Source of the DNA: the human T2T-CHM13v2.0 reference genome, Homo sapiens
Direction: 5' to 3' (one strand)
Length of the DNA stretch: 64,000 bases
Assembly: GCF_009914755.1 (NCBI RefSeq)
Contig: NC_060927.1
Under the pieces are notes generated by a model. The model did no database searches. It was not told the DNA's origin and was given only the letters and a program-made list of their open reading frames with translations. This document shows positions 1 through 18,233 of this stretch, piece by piece. Position numbers and translations under genes: made by a program. The stretch's first letter is position 1. Every line of letters starts with the position of its first letter.

Positions 1-214
1 AGCTGTTAGCATGTGAAAGAATTTGTGCATTTTACCTCCTGGTATAAAATGAAGCTTTATGAAAGTCAATCATATTTTTACCTTTTAATGATTCTCATCT
101 CTAAGAATTGGCTTGTAGACAGTTTTAAGAATGGAAATATAGATAAATGATAAGCATACTTTGTGTTTTACTCTTTTAAGTTTACTTGATTATGTGAAAG
201 TTTCAGAAGCTAGG

Positions 215-1390
<1,176 letters not shown>

Positions 1391-2355
1391 ATTATCTGGA
1401 TTATGGCGGGGAGAAAAAGGCAGTGATCAGGTACGTCTTCCAAAATTTTCAACTCCATCATTCCTAGAGGGAGAGTAGGAGGCGTACATTGGTGTAACAG
1501 TCCAGAGTGATAGGGTGATCTCTGCCACAGCTTATATGCAAAGACAAATGACTAGCTCCATAACTGGTTATTCAGCTATCTGTGCTGTGTACCAACAGAG
1601 GCATTTATTTACTAAATAACTTCATAGGCCTTCTAAGCTATTTTCCCATCGTAGGGCTTTTGCCCTTGCAATTCCCTTTGCCTACAACTCACCTTTCCTT
1701 GTTGTAGCTACGTCTAGTGCCTTCTCATTCTTCATATTTCATCCTAAATGTTACTACCTTGGACACCTTCTCTGACCACCCTATCTAAATTATTCCTTCT
1801 CAGTTATTTTCTGTTAAAGCATCCTCTTAATGTCTTTCAACACTTTTCACAAAGCTCTTATTTTATGTTTTTATTTTCTGCTTCTCCCATTTGACCATAT
1901 TCTCAGGGCCTTACACAGAGTCTGGCATGAGACAGCTCCATTTAAAAAGATCCTACTTCAGATTAGGGTGGAGTAGGAAGGAAGAGCCTCCTGGGAAGGT
2001 GATGACTCAACTGTCCTACTGAGAATGAGAAATAGGTATAGCTTTGGATGTGAAAAAGGTCCAAAAGCTCATTTCTTGCAGAAAGCCATAAATAGAAAGG
2101 GGTAGGGAGACCACAGTGTGTTTGGAGAACTCAAGTAGTTGAATTTAAGGTGTTACGAAACAATAGCAAAAGAAGAGACTTTGTAAGCAAAAGTCAGATT
2201 GTAAAAGACCTTGTATTAATATATCATGGTAAGGCGTTCTGCATTCTTTTATTTTGGAAAATAGTCCTGAGAGGATTGGATGTTACAATTATAACCTTAG
2301 ATATAATGGGGAGAATGAATTGAATGAGAACAGGGGTAGGAGGCAGTTGTGATAA

Positions 2356-3264
2356 TGTTACCAGAAAGGGGCCCCACTCCTAACCCCAAGAGAGGGTTCT
2401 TGGACCTTGCGCAAGAAGGAATTCCGGATGGGTCCATAAAGTGAAAGCAAGTTTATTAAGAAAATAAAGGAATAAAGAATGGCTGCTGCATAGGCAGATC
2501 AGTCCCGAGAACTGCTGCTTTGGTATTTTTATGGTTATTTCTTGATTGTATGCCAAACAAAGGGTGGATTATTCATGAGTTTTCCAGGTAACGGGTAGGC
2601 AATTCCCAGAACTGAGGGTTGGTACCTGTCCCCCACTTTTTCTTTTTTTGGGAGACAGAATTTCACTCTTGTCACCCAGGCTGGAGCGCAGTGGCGTGAT
2701 CTTGGCTCACTGCAACCTCTGCCTCCCGGCTTCAAGCGATTCTCCTGCCTCAGCCTCCCTATAGTAGCTGGGATTACAGGAGTGCACCACCACACCCAGC
2801 TAATTTTTGTATTATTTGTAGAGATGGGATTTCACCATGTTGGCCAGCCTGGTCTCGAACTCCTGACCTCAGGCCATCCACCCACCTCGGCCTCCCAAAG
2901 TGCTGGGATTACAGGTGTGAGCCCCCGTGCCCAGCTGGTACCTCCCCTTTTTAGCCCATATATGCATCCATTCTGGATGTTGCCATGGCATCTAAACTGT
3001 ATGTATTATATACATATAATATATATATTACAATGAGCAGTGAGGACGACCAGAGGTCACTTTCATCGCCATCTTGGTTTTGGTGGGATTTGGCCACTTC
3101 TTTTATCAGCAAGGTCTTTGTGACCTGTATATTGTGCCAACCTCCTATCTCATTCTGTGACTTAAAATGCCTCATCTCCTGGGAATGCAGCCCAGTAGGT
3201 CTCATCCTCATTTTAACCAGCCCCTGTTCAAGATGGAGTTGCTCTGCTTCAAACACCTCTGACA
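2356..3264 (-). mobile_element. MER41B-like ERV1 solo LTR interrupted by an Alu (2637-2935)
   Basis: Termini match MER41 (reverse complement TGTCAGAGGTGTTTGAA...CTGGTAACA); internal CAAGATGGCG, GAS region and AATAAACTTGC are present. Confidence 0.9.
2603..2611. promoter_or_regulatory. GAS/STAT motif TTCCCAGAA in MER41B
   Basis: TTC-N3-GAA at the position of the MER41B STAT1 site; the partner site at 2582-2590 is degenerate (TTCCAGGTA). Confidence 0.5.
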
Positions 3265-3412
3265 GTAGTATAGGCAGGAAATTGTGTGTGTTTAATACAA
3301 CTATATATATTCAAGTATAGTTACCAAAAAGGCAGTTGGAAATATGAGACTTGGACTAGGGAGAATTCTAGGAAATTTAGGAATTATTGGCTTATGTTGG
3401 TGATTGAGATCA

Positions 3413-3807
<395 letters not shown>

Positions 3808-3839
3808 TGCCAGCCAGGTAAAAGGAAAATTAGAAAGCA

Positions 3840-4475
3840 TTGGTATGGTATAAAAAGAAATATATTTGATCTTTGTCCCATTCTTGTCACAGAGCTTCTA
3901 AAACCATAGGAATTCCCTGAGTGATTGGAGTATCTTGTTTTCATAATGAGCCCTTTTTAATGACAACTGAATTTATGCTAATGAGTGGTTTAGGGTGGGG
4001 TGCCTAGATAACCTCAGAGGGTGACCAGTCACCTGAAAGGTTAAGTGATCAGGGGATTAGAGGACTGGAACTTTCCTTCCCACCCACCCATTTCCAGGAA
4101 GGGTGGGGGAGGACAGGCTGAAAATTAGGCTTTATGAAAACTCTTGAACATGATTGGACTTCCAGGTAACTAAACTCATGGTTACGCTGGGAGAGTGGCA
4201 TGCTGAGAGGGCATGAATGCTCAGGCATCTCATCTGTGTCACTTACAATATCCTTTATAATGAACCAGTAAATGTAAGTATAGTGCTTCCCTGAGTTCTG
4301 TGAGCTATTCTGACATTGAACCAAGATGGGAAGAGGTAGAAATGAATGATAGGACACCCAGTTGGTGTTTGCTGGAGAACCACTTCATGCATGTGGAAAA
4401 ATCCCCATATATCTAGTTATGAAGTGTTCTGTGTTGATTTTGATAGTAGAGGAGAAAAAGTTTCTATTTCCACAG
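3840..4475 (+). mobile_element. MER21-like LTR
   Basis: aagaaatatatttg...cacagagcttctaaaacc resembles the MER21 5' end. Confidence 0.65.
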
Positions 4476-4655
4476 TTGTTTTTTTTGTTCGTTTTGGGAA
4501 GGCAGGGTGACAGTGTGTCTCACTTTAGTATGCATAAGAATCATCCCAAGAGCATCCCCAGAGTCTTGATTCTTTAGGTTCACAGTTCACTTGAGGAATC
4601 TGCATCATTAATGGGCTCCCCAGATGATTCTTATATGGGGTGGAGGGACCCAAAC

Positions 4656-5194
4656 TGTAACTATAGGAGGTCCATCACCCAATGTATGCAGCAAGTTGAT
4701 ATGCTGAGACACCAGGTTGCAGCAGAGAAGAGGTTTAATCGTAGGGTCACCAAATGAGGAGATGGGGGGGAACCTTAATCCATCTCCCCAAGGAATTTGA
4801 GGTTAGGGTTTTTAAGGTTTTTGGAGTACCCAAAGTGTAGAGGTCGTTGATTGGTTGCAACTTGCAGAGTGAAGTCATGGGACAGGGAGATAATAAGGCT
4901 AGGCTGTATTCGCATGCTGATCCATATCATTCCTCTGTGGGGGGTCTTCAAACTGGTTGCTGGATCTGGGGGCCCAAAAAACATCTTAAGCTATCCTTAA
5001 AAGTGTTACGATTCTAATGTCAGAGCTCCTGTCTATAGAAAGAATGGGGGTGCAAATGGTCAGTATCTGGTGTTACATGACATTTAGCAACAAGGAAGTG
5101 GGCCAAAGTGCAGCCTGATTATTAATGAGCTACAGCCATATTTCTGTCCAGACCCCGGCATGTAATTCTTGTTAACCCTATGGGGATGGTTTCA
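4656..5194 (-). mobile_element. ERV1 solo LTR (LTR26/LTR19-like) inserted in a MER5-like MITE
   Basis: TG...CA termini (tgtaac...ggtttca) and an approximate 4-bp TSD aaac/gaac. Confidence 0.6.
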
Positions 5195-5549
5195 GAACTA
5201 CTCTTGAGGATCACTGCAAGGCTTCATGAAATGTCCAGAAAGATAAATCTTAAGAGAGATCCTAGGCATCCTTGCAGGATGTGGTATATTGGCAATAGAA
5301 GCCAATGTTGAGCTAATGAAGGCAAGAAGGTTCCCTGGGAAGGGAGTTGGGAATGATATCCATAACATAAAGAAAAGTTCTTTCCCTCTTATGCTAAAGG
5401 AAAGAGGTAAAACATATGCCGAAAAGATAGGATGCTTTTGCAGTGAACCAAAAGGCTCCCAGTGATATCTGGGACTTGGGTTGACTTAATGGAAAGCAAG
5501 TCCCTGAAGTGAGTGTGAGTTCTTTGCATTTCAGAGCCATCAAAAGTGT

Positions 5550-6430
<881 letters not shown>

Positions 6431-6679
6431 AAAAAGCAAGAAAGAAAAGTTGAGGATACTACTGTGAGAAAGGTGGGATTTGTCTTCTTGCACTTTATTT
6501 TTTCTGAAATGTACATTGCTAGTATTTGTGTAAGCCAAGTGGTTAATCTTTTCATAAAAATGCAGTCTTAAGAAATCTTAACAAAATTTGGATTTTAAAA
6601 AAGTTGATATTAGACCCAGTGAAAGAACTACTTTTTTTACTGTTATGTTTTGTTTTTCATGATTTTGTATATTCTTCAG

Positions 6680-6842
6680 GACAAGCAGTGGGAAGAGCTC
6701 TGTTATCAATGCAATGTTGTGGGATAAAGTTCTCCCTAGTGGGATTGGCCATATAACCAATTGCTTCCTAAGTGTTGAAGGAACTGATGGAGATAAAGCC
6801 TATCTTATGACAGAAGGATCAGATGAAAAAAAGAGTGTGAAG
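6680..6842 (+). CDS. MFN1: Mitofusin-1 exon 4 (GTPase P-loop/G1-G2 region)
   Basis: ttcag|G...AAG|gtatg; encodes (R)[54 protein letters not shown], matching human MFN1. Confidence 0.98.
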
Positions 6843-6936
6843 GTATGATCTTTAACCTTTAGCAGAATAATATACCTGAAACAATGTCCTGAACTTATTC
6901 TTTAATAACATTTTTATAAGATGTCTGCATCGCTGA

Positions 6937-8115
<1,179 letters not shown>

Positions 8116-8703
8116 TCAAATTTGTCCCACCTTGGCCTCCCAAAGTGTTGTGGTTACAGACTTGTGCCACCATGCCTGGCCTCCGATTTGTCTTTTTGAA
8201 ACAGAATTGCTTAAGAAATTGGGCCCTGGCATCTGTTTTTGATATGTATCTGTGTTTTTAGAAACTGTCTTACCTCAGGATTATGTAGTAAGTATATTTA
8301 TGAATAAATATTTTAACTTTATCAGATGAGGGCCAATGGCAATTCCCTACCTTTCATAAATTTCTCAATTCAGTGCCACTCCTTCAGCCAAAAAAAAAAA
8401 AAAATAAAAGGAAAAACAAATTAGGATGCAAAATGTTGACTCTGGACTGAAAGCAGTTAGTTAAGGCACTGTTTCTCATTGTGGTTACTTTCTCTTGAGT
8501 CTAAAGATCTCTTCCACAAACACAAAAGTTCAGTGCTTGATGATCCATGCTATTTTATTTCTTGGTAAAGTCATGGGTGGTTCTTCTTTGTGAATTTGCT
8601 CTTTGATGTAAATCAGGTAACTCAATCTGTAAGTTTTAGAATAAGCATACCCTTCAGATTAGTTATTAGAAAAATGAGATGATGTTTATGAAAATACTAT
8701 TCA

Positions 8704-8970
8704 AGGCCGGGCACAGTGGCTCACGCTTGCAATCCTAGCACTTGAGCTGGTCGGATTGCTTGAGACCAGCCTGAGCAATATAGTGAGACCCCATCTCTAC
8801 AAAAAATACAAAAATTAGCCAAGCATAGTGGCGCATACCTGTAGTCCCAGCTACCCGAGTGGCTGAGGTGGGAGGATTGGTTGAATCTGGGAGGTTGAGG
8901 CTTCAGTGAGCCGTGATCACTCAGCCTGGGAAATGGAGCAAGACACTGTCTCGAAAAGAAAAGAAAATAC
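8704..8970 (+). mobile_element. AluJ-like element with internal deletions
   Basis: Alu consensus, sense. Confidence 0.9.
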
Positions 8971-9154
8971 TAATCAAGCTTTTAATTCATATAAATGAAG
9001 GAATCACTGTTGTTTTGTGATTAAGATTTTTAGCAAATCAAAATTCAAACTTCTCGTGACTTCAGAGTCTCAAAGTATGCTGTTATTTTAAAGAAATCAT
9101 CTCTCATTTTCCTGATCCATGCTCTTCCAGTCCTCTTCACACTCTTTTCCTCCT

Positions 9155-9810
<656 letters not shown>

Positions 9811-10197
9811 AAAAGCTATGTAATTTTAACCTGTTTTAATAATGACATTTCTTCTAATGACATTTCTTCCATATGACTAAGTGATACACATTTATTTCAG
9901 TAGAATCAGAAAATACAAATAGGCAAAAAGAACAGAGACTCCAGAACTTATATACTTCACAAAATCAGTATCAGGAGTTGCTTAGAATTCTGTTGCTGGA
10001 GTTCTTTTTGAGGGAACCATTTTTTTTCTACTTGGAAATTTAAAAATTCAGGTTCTCAAGATTGCTCAGAAGGTTTTATTTCAGAGTTTTACCTTTTATA
10101 TACCTGTTTTGCTAAAATAAATGTACCACAATGTTTTTAATTTTTATTGAATTTTATTACAAGTGGAGTTTATTTTTTTCTTTTCCTCCTGCTTTAG

Positions 10198-10322
10198 ACA
10201 GTTAATCAACTGGCCCATGCCCTTCACATGGACAAAGATTTGAAAGCTGGCTGTCTTGTACGTGTGTTTTGGCCAAAAGCAAAATGTGCCCTCTTGAGAG
10301 ATGACCTGGTGTTAGTAGACAG
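10198..10322 (+). CDS. MFN1: Mitofusin-1 exon 5
   Basis: tttag|ACA...AG|gtaaa; [41 protein letters not shown](S). Confidence 0.98.
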
Positions 10323-10532
10323 GTAAAATTACATGTGGATTGCATTTTCTCTGGAAGTTTATTTAATAGTATAATACTGCTTACTTTAGCATATGGTATA
10401 AAAAATTACAACATTCAGTTGCCATTTTGTTCTCATTAGCTAGATTAAGGAAGAGATATGGTATTGGTTTTATTTTATAAGTTACATAAAAGCACCAATT
10501 CATCACTCTGATTCCATTTCAAGAAATTTTAA

Positions 10533-10694
<162 letters not shown>

Positions 10695-10879
10695 TGATAA
10701 TGGATTTTCCTTTTAAATGGAAATGAGTGTTTCAAGTAATCCATAGAAACAGAGGAGAGAGAAGATGTTCATGACACCAAGATATTTGGTTTAAATACAA
10801 TGTTAACTAGTTTAGCTTTATTTCATAGCCAGATTGTATCTATGACCCAGTCAGTCAAGATTGACAGTTGGATAGATAC

Positions 10880-11730
10880 AAGAAAATATGAATGAGATCT
10901 AGTATTTGGTACCAAAATGGGTAACGGTAGTGAAAAATAATTGATTTTTATTTATTTTTTTGAGACAGAGTCTCACTCTGTCACCTAGGCTGGAGTACAG
11001 TGGCGCAGTGTCAGCTTGCTGCAACCTCCCCCTCCGGGGTTCAAGCCATTCTTGTGCCTCAGCCTCCTGAGTAGCCACCACGCCTGGCTAATCTTTGTAT
11101 TTTTTGGTAGAGACGGGGATTCACCATGTTGGCCAGGCTGGTCTCAAACTCCTGGCTTCAAGTAATCCCCCCATCTCAGCCTCCCAAAGTGCTGAAATGA
11201 CAGGTGTGAGCTGCCGTACCTGGCTGAATAACAATTTAATTGTACATTTAAAAATAACTAAAAGAATATAATTGTATTGTTTGTAATACAAAGAATAAAT
11301 GCTTGAGGTGATAGATACCTCGTTTACCACGTGATTTTTTTTTTTTTCGGAGGCAGGGTCTTGCTGTGTTGCCCAGTCTGGAGTGCAGTGGTGGGATCAT
11401 GGCTTATTGCAAACTCCGCTTCCCAGTCTTAAGCAACCCTTCCACCTCAGCCACCAGAGTAGCTGGGGCTACAGGGGCATGCCACCAAGCCTAGCTAATT
11501 TTTTTTTTGTGTATGTGGAGTCAGGGTTTTGTCATGTTGCTCAGGCTGGTCTCAAAGTCCTGGACTCAAACTCCCGCCTTGGCATCCCAAAATGCTAGGA
11601 TTATAGGAATATGCCACTGCACTCAGCCCCTGATGTGATTATTACACATTGTATGCTTGTATCAAAATACTTCATATACCTCATAAATATGTATACTTAA
11701 TTAATATATACCCATAAAAATTTTAAATGA
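10880..11730. mobile_element. L1MA 3' fragment (+) carrying two antisense Alus (10945-11225, 11335-11628)
   Basis: gatgtgattattacacattgtatgcttgtatcaaaata matches the L1M 3'UTR. Confidence 0.75.
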
Positions 11731-12110
11731 ATAAATTTTTTAACTTTTTACAAATATTTATTGTTGGCAAATTCTTCACTGCAGCTCCTAGTACAGTTGG
11801 TATATTAAATTTATATTTTTTTATTTGTGTTTATAAGTGCTTAAATCATCTCTGAGCCATACTGGATATAGCTGCTTGAACCCTCATTGTTTAGTATCTA
11901 TTAGCCTAGTTTTATATTTCAGCCATCTAAAGCATAAACATTAAAAAGATTGAAATATTGAGCATGTTATTTGCTTTGTCAAAGATCACTAAGTTAAAAT
12001 TTCCTAGACTTCTTACAGATGACAGCTGGAAATCCTGGTTTTTAAACTTCAAATTATATATAAAAGCTGAAAAAATTCTGTAACCCAAATTTTCTTTTTA
12101 AGAAATATAA

Positions 12111-12278
<168 letters not shown>

Positions 12279-12927
12279 TAGGAAATGAAATGGTATCTGT
12301 TTTAATTCTGAAAAGCAAGGGAAATCCATATCGTGGATTAGAAAAAACTTCTAAAAACAGGCATGAATGAAGGGGTTTGTGTTTTCATAGAACCAGAAGG
12401 GCTGTTTCTAGTCTTTCTATAGTGTGTAGTTCCCTGGATTTCTCTAGCAGTATAGGGCTTGATGGTTCTAGCTTCTGGTTATTTGTCAGTCTCAGGGAAA
12501 ATGAGTGCCAGAAATTTTAGGATGCTTATTTAAGTCTCTTGAATAAAGTATAAACCACTCCTTCCTTCTGCCATCTATCAGGCAAGGCTTTTTATATTTT
12601 CAGTATTGTCAGCTATTTCCAGCTTCACCAGAATATACTCCAGGTTTCAGCTTAACTGTGTACACTTTAAGCTGCTGTCAGACTTAGAAGATTATTTAGC
12701 CAGATGTCTGGAGCCAGACTCATCTGAAATAAACTTTCCAGAGTTTAGGTAATCTAATATTCAAAATTATAACATGATTTTTTAAAGTTATCAGTTTTTT
12801 TCATCTTTGAAAGTTTAATGCTCATAGAGTGCTTTGGGATCCTTTGTCAGTGGTGTTAATTACTGTTTAAATGGTTCAGACTTTCTCATTAAAATAAAAT
12901 TTCAATTATAAATGTAAATTATAGTGA

Positions 12928-13095
<168 letters not shown>

Positions 13096-13289
13096 TGAAA
13101 TACAGTCACATACATTGTTATTTGAGAAAACAATATTGCTTATAGAATAGAAAATTATAAGAGCTATTCCATGAAAAGAAGATAGTTAGAGAAAACCTGA
13201 AGTAGGTATGTGATAAAGACCAAAGTCTGAAGTTACTTTGAGGGAAAATTGTGTTATACTATCTAGTTATTTCAAAGCTTGAAAGTTCT

Positions 13290-14260
13290 TTTTTGTTTAA
13301 GTTGTTATTGAAATGTACATAACAGAAAAGTACATAAATCGTAAGTGATCCTTCCAGTTTGGCTTCCTAAAGTGCTGGGATGACAGGCCTGAGCCACCAT
13401 GCCTGGCCAAATTTTACAAATTTAACACACCTGTTTCAAAATCCAGATCAAAAAGCAGACCATTCTGAACACCCCAGAACCTTCCTCTTACCTACCTCCT
13501 TCTAACTTCCCTTCTGTCCTACTTCCCAAGGAGAAATTATCCATTTATCATGACTTCTGACCCCCTAAATTAATCTTTCTGGTTGTTCAACTTTATATAA
13601 CAGAATTATATAATACCTGCTCTTGCATCTGTTTTTGTTTTTATTTAACGTGTTTGTCATATGTGTCCATATTATTGTGCGTAGCATAGTTGTATTGCAT
13701 TCCCATTGCTGTATAGTATTCCATCTGTGACTATACTACAATTGATTTATTCACAGTGATGGGCATTTGGGTTAATTTACTGTATTCAGTTATGAATGCT
13801 ACTGTGCATATGCTTGTATATGTCCTTCTGGTATGCATATGTATGCATTTTTGTTAGGTAGTTCTCAGTGTGGAGGATGGACAGTTTTGACCTCAATGGG
13901 ATATTTGGCAGCATCTGAAGATACTTTTTTTTTGTTACAATTGGGGTTTTGTGCTACTGGCATCTAATGAGTAGAGGTTAGAGATGCTGTTACACATGCT
14001 CTGACACAGAACAGGCCCCCAAGCAAACACTGGCCAATCCAAAACGTCAGTAATGCAGACGTCAGTAAACCATGGGTATATGTACTTAGAGGTAAAACTG
14101 CTAGATTACAAGTTAAGAATATGTTCGATTTTAGTAAATATATAGCACCAGAGTTCTCCAAAGTGCTTGGTGTCGATTTATACTCCTGCCAGCAGATTGA
14201 GTTTCATAAGATTTGCATCCTCAACTTTTTTTTTTTTTTGGCATTTTAGTCACACCAATT
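13290..14260. mobile_element. Old L1M fragment (-) containing a MER20 MITE (~13860-14075)
   Basis: gtgctactgggcatctaatgagtagagg matches MER20; flanks resemble the L1M 3' region. Confidence 0.7.
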
Positions 14261-14740
14261 GTAGAAACTTAAAAAGAAGTATCTGGAATTTGAACTATAA
14301 ATAATATTTATTTAATTTGCTTGAGACTATTTCTGATTTTAATAGTAGTACGAGATTATTATATGTAGAGGACAAGATAAAAATAACTTAAACTATCCCA
14401 TCACTGTTCACATGATAAAATTATTTGCTTTCATTTTTCCCCAATTGGAATTTTGCATAACATCATGTTTTATATCCTCCTGTCATTAACTGTTGTCTTA
14501 CAGTCTTGCTCTTTCAAATTGGGGTCTCAGAATTAGGAAGCATCACTCATAAATTATTTTTCCTTAAATATTTCAGCATTCCTATTTAGATTTATTTTTG
14601 CAAGTCTTAATATAGAGATCTCTCATCATAGCCATAATACTAAAGACTAGTACTAAATCCTAACTTCTAACCCTTAATCTTCACTTCAGTGCCCAAGTGG
14701 TAATCTTGAACCCAACATTGCAATTCTAATGCCTGGTTAA

Positions 14741-15117
<377 letters not shown>

Positions 15118-15278
15118 TCATCAAGTATCAAACTTCATTTATTAGAATTTCTTAAATTCATTAGTTATATGGTAACTTTTATTATATCACTGTGAATAAA
15201 GTAAGTATTGGTCTATAGTCGTTGGTTATTATATTTGTTTAAATTATTAGAATTCTTTTAATACCGTTTTCTCTGTAG

Positions 15279-15432
15279 GTACGCAGACAGCACATGGAAA
15301 GATGCCTGCATTTCTTGGTGGAGGAGCTCAAAGTTGTAAATGCTTTAGAAGCACAGAATCGTATCTTCTTTGTTTCAGCAAAGGAAGTTCTTAGTGCTAG
15401 AAAGCAAAAAGCACAGGGGATGCCAGAAAGTG
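15279..15432 (+). CDS. MFN1: Mitofusin-1 exon 8
   Basis: tgtag|GTA...AGT G|gtatg; [51 protein letters not shown]. Confidence 0.98.
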
Positions 15433-15482
15433 GTATGCATTACCTATAGATTTCCTGTTTAAATATAAAAATATTTAAAATT

Positions 15483-15807
<325 letters not shown>

Positions 15808-15875
15808 TCAGTAGCCTACCAGAAAACATATCTTGCTACATACTAGGTTTTTAAATCTTTGCCTGTACGTTACAG

Positions 15876-15943
15876 GTGTGGCACTTGCTGAAGGATTTCA
15901 TGCAAGATTACAGGAATTTCAGAATTTTGAACAAATCTTTGAG
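15876..15943 (+). CDS. MFN1: Mitofusin-1 exon 9
   Basis: tacag|GT...GAG|gtagg; (G)VALAEGFHARLQEFQNFEQIFE. Confidence 0.97.
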
Positions 15944-18233
15944 GTAGGAATTTTGTGATTGTATTGCCTAATACAAAACTCTTTCTTTGGTTGGAGAAAG
16001 CATAATCTTCTATTTTTATCCTTTGTCTTTGTCAATAACTTTTGCTGTTATTTAGTTTAGTTACTGACACAGCCAGTAAAATGTGGAAAGTGAAGAAAAG
16101 GAGCCCCTGCAAAATGATTTGTAAGAATTGAGAATTAAAGATTGTAATTTATTCCTTATTCTTATTTTTATGTATTTTATATAAATAAGAAACTGTGTTT
16201 CAATATTGCTGTGTTGTGCAATGAATGAAATTCCCTGTATTCAATAATTTGGAACAAGAGTAAACAAGCGTAATTGCTGTTGGAATGGATAATAGAGCAA
16301 AGTAAGCATTATCCTTTTTTACTTTGTGCCGCATGACTAATAGAAGTATACAAAACATGATTAATGCCATTTGACAAAATTTTATTATATTTATATACTG
16401 TGTTACCACATGTCCATTCTCCATATTTTGTGCCAAACATTCTAAATGAATAATTGAGTAGAAAAGAGCTTCAGCGTTTTCAGAAACTTCTAGGAAACTA
16501 TTGAAGTGCCTGAGTGGTAGATGGGGAGGGAGGCTAGTTTCTTATGTTGCATTGTAAGTGTTTTTATTCAGAGACATTAAAACTCACCCTACATTTGACT
16601 GAATAGTTCTTTAGATATTAACCTTCTGAACCCCTATTTTGCCCTGTATAATTCATATCACCTTCCCACTTAGGAATGAACACAGTGACTTCAGCATTGA
16701 AGAAACCTCAGTCTGTAATTATTCTTATAAGTAGTAACTGCTTTAATGTAAAGGGGACATGAATGTTGAGTATACTTGGCAGGATTTTTAAAATAAAAAA
16801 TGTGCTTACTATCTCTCATCTTTAATTTGGTGAGAGAAAAAAGGTTATTAGACAGATGAAGACAAACTGGAAGAAAGCAAATCCACTGCCAGCTATCTCG
16901 ATAAGATCTAATTGTTCAGAGGCTACTGGATTATCAGTAGATGTCCTCTCAAGCCAAGCTATAGGATACGTGAAGTCCCCGTTACTCAAAGACTATTGTT
17001 TGTTTTTTTTCTTTTCCTTTTGCTTTCACCAAAGGGTTGATGCTCTCCTCACCTCTTTTTTCTCTTAAAGAAATGGGATCTCCCTCTGTTATCCAGGCTG
17101 GAGTGCAGTTGGGCAATCATAGCGCATTGCAGCCTCGAACTCCTGGGCTCAAATGATCCTCCCACCTCAGCCTCCTCTCCTCACTGTTATCAGTTATTTC
17201 ATCCATGGGGAAAATATGTAGGGAGAGGATCTATTCTACTTCCTTGTCTTTATTTACTGACCTTAGTATATATGTGTTTTATGTATGTTTATCATTGATT
17301 TCTTCTAAATTATACATTTATATAATGTATAATTGTGTAATGTTCTGTTACACATTTATACTGCTTCCATATTGGTTCATGGTATAGCTTGTGCTTCCCA
17401 AGAATATCTCGTTGAGGAGGTGGGAATGAGAAGAATAAGATATGCTGTAGGGAATTGGTTCATAAGCCTAGCTGATCATCAGAATCACATGACGTGCTTT
17501 AGAGAACCACAGGCTCCTGACCTATCCTATCCCCAACCCCAGATCCAGGGGGTTGGGGTTGGTCTAGGAATCTATATACATATATATTCAAAGTTCCCCA
17601 AGTGATTGCAATAATCAGACAGACTTAGGAACTATTCTTTTTAAATGTTTTTAGAGGAAACTTGGCAGTTTATGTTTTATTCTAATGGTCCATTTGGGAT
17701 TCTAAAATTTATGTATGGAAAAAATTGCTTATGAGCAGTAGCTTTTTGTTTTTACTTAAAGTCATGGAATGTCCAGCTTTAGAGTTTGAAAATTTTAAGT
17801 CTGAAATATCTAAAATGAGAATCAGTTAAAAATTATTTGAATTTTTCCAAACAATCAGCTGGGCAAAAAATATTATGTCTGAATGTATTAAAAAGAGACA
17901 AAACATTTTTTGTTAATTAATTACATTGAAAGTTTTAGTCAGCTTTATTCCAAAACTGGTATTTGTTACTTCTTAAGTCAGTTTTGGTAATTTCTGATTT
18001 CTTAGAAATTGGTGTATTTCTGAACATTTATAATTTAGTAGCATAAAATTGTTTGTTTTGAATCTCTTGTTTCTCACTTCTATATTTAAATATAAATATA
18101 TATCTACATATACATACACACACAGACCCTTAATGGGTTTGCCAATGATTTATCATCCAAAGACACAGCCCCAGCTCTTATGTAATTTATCACTTAATAA
18201 ATATCATTTTTGGGGTTTCATTCACTAAGTTCT

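Noticed and set aside
17531-17558. Perfect 10-bp hairpin ccccaacccc/ggggttgggg
   Set aside because: It lies at the centre of a MER5-like MITE, which is naturally palindromic.
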